Of a DNA stretch of 64,000 bases, positions 36,895 to 48,284 are shown one piece after another. Position 1 is the stretch's first letter, and each line of letters opens with the position of its first letter. Below the pieces are notes generated by a model, which saw nothing but the letters and a program-made list of their open reading frames with translations, did not search any database and was not told where the DNA came from. A program made the translations under genes and the position numbers. Origin of the DNA: Fistulifera solaris (taxonomy: Eukaryota); the NCBI GenBank assembly GCA_030295235.1, contig AP026124.1, positions 310,001 through 374,000 on the forward strand, written 5' to 3'.

Positions 36895-39231
36895 ATGGCT
36901 TCTAATGACCCGCTTCCTACAGTTACCTCCGACGTTGATTTACAACAAGGCAATGAGGAGAGTGGCGATGCACCATCGGGCTTCATCTTAAAGCTTTTCC
37001 AAATGGTTTCGGGACCCGATGAGATCATATCGGTAAGTTCCATACTTCTTTGGCGATTCCGTTCGTCAACTGGGACAATTCGTATCGTTGTGGCATCTAT
37101 GGCTATCGTATTTGTGAATGGTTTTGAAAGTCGTGAACTAGTTAAGAAGTTTGTGGCTATCGAAAGGATTCCATTTTCCGGCCTTTGGCATTTGTTCTTC
37201 ACTGTGACTATCGATTTTCCAATGCGTTCGAAGAGTTACCAGTAGATCCAGACATGCCAATTTCAGCCATTTTCATGATGTAGGAAAACGGTGGGAGGAG
37301 AAGCTTTGGATCATAGGAAGACTTCGTGAATTTTTTCTTCGTCGAGGCATCGGAATGGCCGAGAATGCCTCGTTTTCTTTGGAAGAATCTTGAAAGCTCC
37401 ATGGCAGCTTCCCCTGGGATCTTCGGCTGTATTTTCAATGACGCTTCATTTCGATTATCGGATGTGTTGAAAGAACATTCTCGAACAATTTCTTCGTTGG
37501 CGGAGCGGCAGAACCGCCATGGTCCCTCAGGCTGGGTCGGAGGACATTTTCTTCCGTGAAAGAAAAATTGCATTCAAAATTTCTCCTTTGGATTGTACAC
37601 TTCAACTTACTCTACGAGTACCGGTTCCGATGCGCAGGCGATCTTTTGCTTCGACTTGGAGAGTACTCGTCCCTTTCGTTGAGTATCGAATCTTTTCCAA
37701 TCCGCGTGGAGGCTGTGTGAGGCTCCGATGCATTGGGTCTGTTAGGTTATGAGGTGTCCGCATTTTGAATTTCGTGACGTAATCGGATTAGTATCCGATA
37801 TTGTGACGTCATGTTCTTTGTCTGAGAAATTGACTTCTTGTTTCATCTCTCACTTTTCGTTGATTTTCTTCTTTTTAACAGTGGACTCCCAATGGCGACG
37901 CCTTTGTCATAGGTTCAGATCTTCACCGTCTTGAAAACGAAACTCTTCCGAAGTACTTCCGACACAATCGATTCCAGTCGCTTGTACGGCAACTCAATTT
38001 TTACAGCTTTCGGAAAATTAACCGAGAACGGAACGTGTGGATCTACCAGCACCCGCTGTTCCATCGAGATCGGAAGGATGATCTTCACTTAGTCCGCCGA
38101 AGAACGTGTCCAGGTCTGGATGGACGCAAGCAGCGCTTCTCTCGCGTCAATCGAAAACCTGTCTCACCGGACAGCGATGACGATGAGTCCTCCACTTCGA
38201 GTACTAGCTCGACTCAGCCTGACAACACTCTCTCGCGGAAACGCGAAGTGTCTGTGGACGATTTTGGGGCAATCAAACGCCCTAGAAGAATGCTTTCGCC
38301 TCCTCTACAGGATGCGTTGGATAACAATCCGCAGGTAACGGTAGATGCTTCCTTGGTGAAAGTAACAAAGCCAACACTGGTAGAGGACCACGAGGAGAAG
38401 CTGGCGCCCATCGATAGCAAGATAGAAAAATTTGAGATGCGCGAACAGTCGTTGATCGTGTCTGAAGTAGCCGAAAAGCTAGAGCAGTTTGCTCGGAAGG
38501 CTTTAGGTCGTTCACGCTCACGTCGCGGTAATTCAGGGATCATCACCCCACCGTATGGTAGCCAAGGCACTCTCACGGCAACCAGCCTATTGACCTACGA
38601 CGATGAGCGATTCGAGGAAATTGACGAAAATAGTTGGAGAGGCAGTTCCGCCTCAAGTTTGGGACTCGTATCACAGTCCGAGGTGGGAGAAGATGAGGAC
38701 GCGTCGTCGGTCTCAGAGGCAAAGCCCGTAACACCATTGCGAATGCGTTCTCCTCCTGTCCGTGACAACGAAATGGTCGATGCCGTGTCGCATCGTCTCG
38801 TGGAAGGAATTTCGCCTGATCTCAGGGATGCTTATAAGCCACACGTCACCGTTGCCGCCTTTTGCATGTCGACAGCACCTTGCGGCGACGAATCGCTTGC
38901 TTCGAAAATATTACGCTTGATTGCTTCTTGCAACATTCTCATGTCGGAATTTCAGAACTATCGCGCTGCATTGCACCCCATTGTGGAAGGGCCGGTTCCG
39001 TCAACGACGCAACCCTTTACATTACAAGCTCGTCCTATCCAGGGATTGCAAGTCTGGGAGAAGACCTCGAGCCGAAGTGATGCCGTACACGACTTTAAGA
39101 TCTTTGCCGTCAATTGCATCAACAAGTTCTTGGGAAAAGGCGACCTTGACGACTTGACTGTTCTCTCTCCATGCGACCGACTCATTTTGAAGCGCACGGT
39201 GGATTTGTGGCAGGAGAGTGCTTGTCTTTAG
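36895..39231 (+). CDS. Heat shock transcription factor (HSF DNA-binding domain)
   Basis: FILKLFQMV..DEIIS|WTPNGDAF...LPKYFRHNRFQSLVRQLNFYSFRK...YQHPLFHR; 849-bp intron 37033-37881. Confidence 0.92.
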
Positions 39232-40109
39232 AAGGTCGATACATCAAAGCTGCAAGAGGCAGTGTGCGCTAGCTATGGTGGAGCTGAGGGAAATTACCAT
39301 TTATCTAACTTCTAGATAATTTTTTTTGTTTGCAGCAATTACGAAGTATAGTTGCTACTACTTACATTCATTCACGGAGCCATTACAGGTAACCGTCTGG
39401 AATGCTAATTAGTCGCGTACCGCTAGAAAAGATGTTTCACGACTCGGCTTCTACTTTCATTAAATGTGGCGCTTCTCATTGAAGTGATGAGGCAATTATC
39501 CTGTCTCTGGGATCCCTAGCAAAGGTTCATGAATACAGTCAGATATTCTGTAAGCAAGAGGAGCTTTGCGGTGCCAAGTACTCGTGGTTCAATGTTGATG
39601 CTGGCCTACAAATAATATTCTTGGATCTGAGTTTAGAGAGAGAGGAGTCGCCTATTGATCGACCTTAACGGCAAGATCAGAAGGATGGCGCGACGGCGCA
39701 CCTTCACATTTTACAAGTAACTAAACTCCAGTCTTGTTTCTAAAGAAAGACTAACCGTAGAATATCCTCTGGTACACTCTTTTCCTTAATTGTTATTCGT
39801 ACTTCTTTTGAATGATACGGCCCTTTTGCGGAGGACTTCCATAATGCTAAAGTGACTCTACGATAGAAAGTAGTTCAGAAAAGCCTGAATTGAAACGTGG
39901 GAACGGTTTTTGTCATGACGGAACATTCCGATCATGACCCAAAAAAAACTCGGCTTGCTGCTTGCACGAGCACGGATCAGTGTGATTTCCGGTTTCCGGA
40001 ATCTCTCCTCGTCATACATACTTGAATAGACATCATGGAACATGCACATCACCTTCGTCTCACAACATTTGTTTGAACTGCTTTTGTTGTAACGAGACCG
40101 CGCTTTAGG

Positions 40110-41429
40110 ATGACGCTATGCGCGAGCAGCCTTCCACCTACTCGATACTGGGCTCACGGTCCCCCCTTTCGTTTCAACGAAATGGAACGAGCCTCCTCTG
40201 CCGCAGATCCGCTGGATTTTCCTTTACCATTGATCGAAAAAGCTGTACTTGAAAAGATCTCGGTGAGAGATCATCGTACGCGCGTATCAACGCCGATTAA
40301 GCCTGTCATTATTCATCAATATTGTCCCAAACGTCGTTTGTTGAATGATGAAGATCGAGCGTATCTTCTTCACAAGAAGATTGCCAAGACGGCTTATGGA
40401 TCTATTTATGTCTGCATCGTACTAAGAAAACAAGAAACGAATGAAGAAAAGACAATGCAATGGGAGACGTCGGAAGAACTAGTAGCCATCAAAATATCGT
40501 CTCTCGAACGAATCCGCGCGGCTCGAGGCAAAAGCTTGGAAGATCCTATCAAAGAAGCATCGGCTTTGCAATTTGTCGGGAATTATCACAGCAATATTCT
40601 TGGTTGTCGTGAAGTTCTCCAGACGGATGGCTACTTGATGGTGGTCATGGACTATTGCAAAAAAGGAAATATGTACTCGCGATTACTGAGTAATTCGTCG
40701 AAAAACTCAACCAAGCCCACGAAGAAGAAACCGGGAGAAGCGATGGCACGGCTGTGGTTCCAGCAGATTCTTCAATGCTTGGTGCATCTGGAGAATAAAG
40801 GAATCTGCCACGGCGACATTTGCCTAGAGAATCTTTTAATTGATGATGACTCACATACAGTCCATTTGATCGATTTCGGAACAGCACTTCGTATTCCATA
40901 CGTTGATCAGCGCGATGATGGCGGAGTAGTCGATGCTTCCGAAGGGACCGTTCGTCGACTCATTCGTAACAAAGGGCAAAGTGGTAAACTAACGTATCTC
41001 GCTCCTGAATTGGTGGACAAAGTGGATGCGTTTGATGGTTTTGCTGTAGACCTATGGTCGGCTGGAATTATCCTATTCATAATGTTGGTTGGAAAAGCCC
41101 CGTTTGCGGTGGCGAGTTCGTCAGATTACCGCTTCAACGAAATCAACAAAGGCCGTTTGAGTAACATCATCAACCGTTCGGACCTAAAGTTAAGCCCAGA
41201 AGCGTGCAACCTCTTGCAAAACATGTTATGGAGAAAACCGGACAAACGCTTGAATATTTCTCAAGTTCTTATGCATCCTTGGGTAACTGGCTGTTCCAAG
41301 CCGCCGCCGTACCCTCATTACCATATCACTGAAGGAGAGTCCAATCGCGCCGTTGACAAGTCGCGCAGTGAAAAAAGCGATGCTGAGAAACGCCGCCGAT
41401 ACGTGTCGCCGCAAGGATCTTCCAGTTGA
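40110..41429 (+). CDS. Ser/Thr protein kinase (CAMK-like, non-RD)
   Basis: VAIK, HGDICLEN, DFG, YLAPE, DLWSAG, HPW. Confidence 0.92.
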   Translation: MTLCASSLPPTRYWAHGPPFRFNEMERASSAADPLDFPLPLIEKAVLEKISVRDHRTRVSTPIKPVIIHQYCPKRRLLNDEDRAYLLHKKIAKTAYGSIYVCIVLRKQETNEEKTMQWETSEELVAIKISSLERIRAARGKSLEDPIKEASALQFVGNYHSNILGCREVLQTDGYLMVVMDYCKKGNMYSRLLSNSSKNSTKPTKKKPGEAMARLWFQQILQCLVHLENKGICHGDICLENLLIDDDSHTVHLIDFGTALRIPYVDQRDDGGVVDASEGTVRRLIRNKGQSGKLTYLAPELVDKVDAFDGFAVDLWSAGIILFIMLVGKAPFAVASSSDYRFNEINKGRLSNIINRSDLKLSPEACNLLQNMLWRKPDKRLNISQVLMHPWVTGCSKPPPYPHYHITEGESNRAVDKSRSEKSDAEKRRRYVSPQGSSS

Positions 41430-41659
41430 AGTATGTCTTCCATCGCCGCGAAGCACTCGTAATTTATGGATTTTCGAGCAAAAGTAACAAACGTCTTTGC
41501 TTCACTCACAAAAGTTCCGCCTTTTATATCGAAGAGGCGACCTTGGAACAAACAAAACATTTGATTCATTTATACATATGTTGAATCATTATTCCCATAG
41601 TAAGTTCATATAACATTCATTTAAACTTGCGTATTAAACCCAATGAAATGCAAATAAGC

Positions 41660-42822
41660 TTATGACTTGTATACAGGTAGAGATACTTCATTCAAGCGTT
41701 TCCAGGGTGGAGTAAAGGGATCGTTGTATTGTGCCACCGCAAAGACATCCTCTTCATTGTATTTCCATTCCGATTGCTCGGCCAAGTATCTTCGGAGTTG
41801 TGACTTTCGTTGGTCAACTTCGTTCTTTGAAGCATATCCACCGAACATGACAACGGCGCGTACTTCTCCGGGCACGTCTTCCAAACGAACCCCACTGCCA
41901 CCCAAAGGTTCAGGTGCCACTTTACTTCCATTCCAGTAGGCAGAGGGCAAGACAAAAGACATGGTTCTGTTCTCGCCTCCAGTCATGAGAACCGGAGTAG
42001 TCATTTTCATCGCTTGCTGCTCCTTGTTCTTTCCAAAGAGATAACCTGCCAATGATCCAAATGCTCTCGAACTCGGCTGTTCAGGGCTCGCCACTGCTTC
42101 ATCGGTCGTGTTGTTCACGGGTCGTGTTGTTGAAACACTCACCGAGCAAACGCTAAACGGATCGTATTTTCGAATTTCAAAGTTTGACTTCTGTTGGAGC
42201 ACCGTGTACTGGGGTGTCTCCAGATCTGCCGGACGACGCTGCACTAGATCCTTGGCGTTGACTTTGGACTCTTGAAGTGCCTGTTTCTCTAGTGATCGAA
42301 TCGCAGGTTGTCGCTTGACGTCTTCTCCGGCAAGACTTTTCAACAATAAAACGAAAGCACGTCGTCGTCGACGTTCTCGTCCCTCCACTGTGTCTTCTTC
42401 TCCATCATTGACCGTCGGTGTGGTGAGACTTAGTGTACGTTTGAGTGCCGCCCATCGGGATCGTTTCGATACTCGAGCTGTCAGCGGTACTGCCGTCCAA
42501 AAGGGTAGATTGGTCGGAATGGCTTCCAGGAGATCGTCAACGTAGGCTTGTCGTACGGCCTCACTTTGTGAGCGTAAGGTGGCGAGTTCATTGAGGAGTT
42601 CTTTTGCCCCCGCAGGATCCTTCGCTAAAGCTTGTTGCAGTCGTTCGACTCGTTGTTCATCGGTAAGGGATACGTAAACAGTCGTGGCTGTGGACTCGGC
42701 AGCGATGATTTGATTTTGAAATAGAGTAGTAGTCGTCGAAAAGAATTCTTTCCTTGGCTCATCACAAAACCCGAAACGCTCGAGAGAGGGAAAGGGCAAA
42801 GTAGGAGCAGCACGAAACGCAT
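41660..42822 (-). CDS. SOUL heme-binding protein, probably plastid-targeted
   Basis: LETPQY, EIRKY, AFGSLAGYLFGKN, MKMTTPV, MSFVLP, QYNDPFTPPWKR.NEV. Start MRFVLLLL...SVSG-F at 42822 needs one frameshift at about 42740. Confidence 0.88.
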
Positions 42823-43133
42823 GATGATAACAAATTACAAACGATATTTCACGGGTAGTATGCCTCTGTGCTACGATTGTTCGATTTACAAGGTGGGTCG
42901 TCGTTAACTTCACTTATTTGGTTGTAATGGTTCGATCGCTGAATTTTTTGAATGACGACGAGACTGACGACGAGTGACTGATTCACACATTTACTCGTCA
43001 CTCAAGGTCGAGTCTGGCATTGTGTCGTAACAGTACCCGAAGTGTAGACAAGAGGTATAGTGATTAAAACAGTTTCATTACCGTTTGGTGGGAGAAAACT
43101 AACGATCGGGCGCATGTCCTCCATCATTACTAT

Positions 43134-44009
43134 TTATTTCTTCTTTTTCTTTTTCTTCTTTTTAATAATGTCGACTGCATTTTGTGCATTTTCCATTTGA
43201 AAACGAGCTATAGCTTCTTTTCTTTTCATTATCTTTGATTCTCGTTCTTCCAGTGCTTGTTGAACTTTTCGTTGCTCCTCCATTTGCTTGCCTTCAAAAT
43301 ATTGCAAACCCTCTTCTCGGATATCCGGATCAAGTTGCACAATGTGCGCGTCTTCACTATACTCGCTCTTGTAATAACAATCCAGAATAATGCATGCCGC
43401 AGAATCATCTAAAGTACCGTACAGACTGGTTTTACTTCCACCTCCCAAAGCCAGCGCGGCCTTGGACGTATACCGCTCATCCCACAATACAATTGGAACC
43501 TGCGGCCCCAATTCCCGCAAGACACACACAGCCAGCTCATAACAAAAGTCCATCGTCAAATTGGTTTGCTCGGCCACTGTCCCATTCTTGTGCAACGGCA
43601 AACCCACGACAATTTGGGAGGCCCGTTCGAGTTCCGCGATGCGAACAATGTTCTGAACCACTTGTGTGCGATTCATATCACGCAAAATCGTTACGGGTTT
43701 GGGTTCATATCCCACCGTCATGGCAACTCCTGTTTTAACCAGCCCGTAATCCACGCCGATGCTTTTCGTGCCCAATAATCGACAAGAGGATTGTGTGACG
43801 GCGGCAGCGGCGTCTATGAATCTGTCGGAATCCAGTTCCTCTTCATTGAATCGATTCATTTGTTGTCGAATCGATGATGGTGACTCGTCGAGTCGATGAA
43901 TGTGATTTGGAGAAACTGTATGATCGTGACGGTGATGCGTCCACGCATAACAACAAGTCCAAAGGACCGCCAGTATAAATCGCAGCCCCCATGTCATTGT
44001 CACGAACAA
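43134..44009 (-). CDS. YqgF/RuvX RNase H-fold nuclease (pre-16S rRNA maturation) with signal peptide
   Basis: IGVDYG..KTGVA, VVGLP, DERYTS..A, D..AA.IIL. Confidence 0.88.
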   Translation of the reverse strand: MFVTMTWGLRFILAVLWTCCYAWTHHRHDHTVSPNHIHRLDESPSSIRQQMNRFNEEELDSDRFIDAAAAVTQSSCRLLGTKSIGVDYGLVKTGVAMTVGYEPKPVTILRDMNRTQVVQNIVRIAELERASQIVVGLPLHKNGTVAEQTNLTMDFCYELAVCVLRELGPQVPIVLWDERYTSKAALALGGGSKTSLYGTLDDSAACIILDCYYKSEYSEDAHIVQLDPDIREEGLQYFEGKQMEEQRKVQQALEERESKIMKRKEAIARFQMENAQNAVDIIKKKKKKKKK

Positions 44010-44735
44010 AAGGTGTACGTTGTTCTTTTGTTTTTATGCAATAACGACAGTTGGATTCGATTGGGGATGCTGCTTTGCTTATATATTGATGGCGACGAGA
44101 GGCGTGAAATTTTCCTTCCGGGTTATAATGCTTATACTTGTATCATCCAAAGTGTTCGTTTACGAACCCACGACTGAATTCAGTCATGAATACCGTTTTT
44201 GTCGAGTTACACTGCGACCAAACATCCAAGCTTTCTTTCAACATGGTAAATTTTAATTGATTTTATCACATGGAATTAAGGGTACCAGTAGGCACTATCT
44301 GTTAATGCGTATCTTTGTTTTCTTTTCTCCAAAAGCTTGGTAAAATTCCTTGTCATTAGAACTATCGTCCATAGTGTCATATCAACTTTTCCAAGACTGC
44401 ATTTCAGTCATGAATCATGATTTGTCCTCTGGCCTCATCTTTAGAGAGCCATACCAGCTCATCCGTAATATCGGTAATGGAATGAAGAAAAAAGAAGATG
44501 GAATCAAGTTGACAACGGTGGTGAGTATCTGAAAAGGTTGAAAACCTTGCGCGATAAAAATACCCGAAGTACTGTAATTGTGAGAGAAGTGAGACACAAA
44601 CGTCTGTATCTGGTACGTGATCCTCAAACAAAACCTTTTTTGATGAAAAAAAAAGCGACAAAATAAGTGGACGCCTAATTATCCTTCTTTCTCTCATCTT
44701 TTGTTAGCCATAGATACAAAGCAACAATTACAACC

Positions 44736-46157
44736 ATGAGACTTACTCGAACACTACTCGACAGAGTGCGTAGTCTCAAGTCGCTCGCACTTTCGGTACA
44801 TTTCAAACAACCCGAATTGGGAATGAAAGAAAACGAAATCCTTTCGCGAGCGACAGCGTATTTAGTGGCAGTCGATCCGCCCTCCGACAAAGACGACGAC
44901 GAATCAGGTCCGTATTCACATCTGAAACGATCCGAAAAGCAACGGGAAGAACGGCTGTTTCAAAATTTACACAAATATTCACAACCTACGGGTCCCGGTC
45001 GACAAATTATGGACCTCGGATGGCTGGAATTTGTTCCGCGTGAAGTGCGTCCTCAAGTACACATTGTGGCTTCTAGTCACGTCTTGGCTCCTTATTTGTA
45101 AGTGACACTCGGAGGCATACAAGTATACCGCTTGTTCTTCTCCCATGTGGCTGGTGGTCTCACATTATGCGCGCACGCACAGATGGCAAGATTATTATCC
45201 ACAAGAATGGCTGAAACGAGTACGCGCCGAGCACTGTACCTACTCACTCGAAGTATTTGATCCCAACAAACCGCAAGAGGCTTTGGCGAAACTGGCCTTG
45301 AATCGTGACGTGTTTCACCATCCAGAAGGACGAGATATTGCCCTCATTCATTTGCAAGAAGAACATTCGTCACTCAAATTACTGCGGCGATTGGGCGTAG
45401 CAATGCATCGATTGCGTGATCCAGACAAATTGTATCAAAAGGGAGAGGACTTATTGTTTGATGGCTTTGTAGTGTCGGAACGAAATGTCGCGGATAGTGA
45501 ATCATTCAGTGCCGCCGCATCCAAGCAAAACAATACCAACGAAGATACCCGAGTCTTTTATCCGTACACCGAACAGGGCAAATTGGCATTTCATACCAAC
45601 GATCGCTTCTTTGCTACAACACCGGAGCCGCTTCCCGAAGGACTGTGCGGTGCGCCCGTTCTGGATCAAGATGGAGATTTGTGTGGGACTGTGGAAGGGA
45701 TTGTCCCCGTTACGCACAAAGACAAGCGCTTGGCCGGCAGTGCTGCTTTTCTACCTTCCTATATTGTACAATCATTCATTGATTTTGTGGAACGCGGACT
45801 TTTGCAACAGATCATGCCGAAAGATTTGTTTGACTTGGTGGTGACGGCTAAAAAGACCAATTCCATTGGAGGTGGATTCTTCAAAAAGACAAGGACGGAA
45901 AATATACTGGATTGACGGATGTGGAAGAAGCCTATGATTCCGCACTGGATACCTTGCAGAAACGATACACCCCCGAAGAATACAAGGCCATTTCGAAAAC
46001 GATCGAGGACGAACGCAAAGAAGTATTGGAAATCATGGATAAGGAAGGTGGAGAACTAGACGAAATTATTGCTCGCGTTCGAGCGAAGACGTTACAAATT
46101 AGAGAAATGGTGATGGATCAGTATCAAAAAGGAAAGATAAAGTTCCCCAGCAAGTAG
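44736..46157 (+). CDS. Trypsin/chymotrypsin-fold peptidase-like protein with Cys at the nucleophile position
   Basis: IVASSHVL, RDIALIHL, EGLCGAPVLDQDGDLCG.V.G; intron 45098-45182; frameshift at about 45885. Confidence 0.72.
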
Positions 46158-46214
46158 AATTTAAAAACTATAGCTACACGTTTGCATCGCAGTTTGAACA
46201 AATCAGCATGGTTA

Positions 46215-47198
46215 CTACATGGCCTTTGTGACTTGCGCTTCCCACACTTGTGCGGCATCGGGAGCTATTTCTCCCAATAAATTCCACATCCGTGCTCGCT
46301 CATTCTCATCATAGGCCGACGACGAAGCCCGACGCGCTTGTTGATTCACAAAGTATTTTCCCGTCACATGCTCCACCTGCGGTGAACTACACAACCACGT
46401 TTCATCCAACGCATCTTCGACTTCAATACCGATTCGTCCCCAACCTGCCAACAACATTTTGGTATTGACAGTCCCCGGATCCAAGCAATTGCACGTGATT
46501 CGTTGGGATGGCAATCGTTTTGCGAATTCCATCGTCAACATGGCATCCAAGAGTTTCGATTCGCTATAAGCGGCGTGGGCACTGTACGAACGATTGCGAT
46601 AATGAATATCGTCCCAACTTCGTATTGCCGCACATTGTGACAACGAAGATGCGATGACAATACGACTGGCTGTTGTTTTGGAAGTCGATGATTCGTACAA
46701 AAGCCTCGGAAGAAGAAGAGAGGTAATGACAAAGGGAGCCATAACATTGACCGCAAACGTGAGTTCCAGACCATCTTCGGTCAGTACGTGTTTTTCTGCG
46801 AACACTCCCGCATTGTTCATAATGATGGATAAAGCAAGATTCTCTTTGTCGCACAATTGTTCGACCTGTTGCACTAATCGTCGACATCCTTGTACGGTCG
46901 ATAGATCCGCGGGTGGCAACGGTAAGACCTTATTTCCTTGAGAACCAAACGCTTGAACTGCTTTTACCGCTGCTTCAATGCGCTGTGAGTCTCTTCCATG
47001 AATCAAAACATCGTAGCCTTTCTTTGCCAAATGTTTTGCCGTGGTGATACCGATGCCATCGGTGGAGCCTGTCACCAAAACGGCACGGTTCACGACTCCT
47101 AATGCGAAAGCCGATTGCATTATTGCTACAATAACAGCTAGTAGAGCTAAACGAAATTGGAATATGAAAGGATATTTGATAGATATTGGTGAACTCAT
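46215..47198 (-). CDS. Short-chain dehydrogenase/reductase (retinol dehydrogenase-like); start may be at 47120
   Basis: TGSTDGIG, NNAG, YSESK, DPG.V.T. Confidence 0.92.
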   Translation of the reverse strand: MSSPISIKYPFIFQFRLALLAVIVAIMQSAFALGVVNRAVLVTGSTDGIGITTAKHLAKKGYDVLIHGRDSQRIEAAVKAVQAFGSQGNKVLPLPPADLSTVQGCRRLVQQVEQLCDKENLALSIIMNNAGVFAEKHVLTEDGLELTFAVNVMAPFVITSLLLPRLLYESSTSKTTASRIVIASSLSQCAAIRSWDDIHYRNRSYSAHAAYSESKLLDAMLTMEFAKRLPSQRITCNCLDPGTVNTKMLLAGWGRIGIEVEDALDETWLCSSPQVEHVTGKYFVNQQARRASSSAYDENERARMWNLLGEIAPDAAQVWEAQVTKAM

Positions 47199-47278
47199 CT
47201 TTCATTTCATTTCCTTTGCTTTGCTTTGCTTTGCTTTCGCTGCCACGCTTGAATGAGGAATGTCGAACATTTCGAAAC

Positions 47279-47908
47279 ATGTGAGAATATCAGCCCACTC
47301 GGAATCATACAGTCTCACAGACAGACTAACCGGTCCACAGACAGACCAACTCGCACAACGTGCTTATATATTACAAGCTCTACTACCCCCCTCACGGGGA
47401 GATCTTTTAGCAGATTATAGGGTCCGAGACCTAGGAATCTCACTGGTAGCACTGCGTGGTTGTAGTTTCGGGGTTCGATTCTCGATTCGAACATCCTTGT
47501 TTCCTCAGCGCAGAACAGGTCTTCGGTCCCTCCTCTACTCGTAGAAGTCAGTTTCTCTACGGGGGAAGATCAGACAGGGAGGTAGTCTTAATGCGTCCAC
47601 AGTTCCGATCCCTTCTCCGATAGGGCTAACGTCATGTACGTCCGAAGCACTCCGTTCTACACGGTCACTCGCTACGAGCCAAGCGCCATGAGTGTCAGTC
47701 ATACCAGTATGAACCGTACGAAGAATTGCTCCGTCCGCCGGGGAGTGTGAGAATATCAGCCCACTCGGAATCATACAGTCTCACAGACAGACTAACCGGT
47801 CCACAGACAGACCAACTAGCACAACGTGCTTATATATTACAAGCGCTACTACCCCCTCACGGGGAGATCTTTTAGCAGATTATAGGGCCGAGACCCAGGA
47901 ATCTCACT
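47279..47908 (+). mobile_element. Non-autonomous LTR retroelement (TRIM): two ~165-bp LTRs, PBS, short PPT, 5-bp TSD
   Basis: Direct repeats 47280-47444 and 47746-47908; TGGTAGCACTGCGTGGTT at 47444-47461; GGGGAG at 47740-47745; GAAAC at 47274-47278 and 47909-47913; no coding capacity. Confidence 0.92.
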
Positions 47909-48284
47909 GAAACTACAATAGAGCAAACAAGCGAACACGCACCGTGATTGGCGCAAAGGAAAAAGATTCACCGAAAGATCCGTCTGTGCACCCACCCGTT
48001 CGGCACCAAATAATGATGCCGACAAAACGTTTCGTACAAGGTTGTACCAGGTACCGGTACCTTTTATTATAACTAGGTACCAGGAATTCGTTTTTGCCCA
48101 TCATAAACCATTTCGGACTGACAGACTCATACTCTTCTTGAGTTTCTACCAATCTTGCTGGTGGCCCATCAATATAATGGGTTGAGATTTTCCCACTAAA
48201 GAACGATCATTCAAAACCGTAAGGAGTAAGGAGTGCGAAGTGAAAGCTTTCACACTGACATTATTTCTTTCAGCTTTGACAATC

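Noticed and set aside
47444..47485. tRNA gene or Pol III B-box (GGTTCGATTC) in the TRIM core
   Set aside because: No acceptor stem or cloverleaf can be folded; the 5' part is better explained as the primer-binding site.
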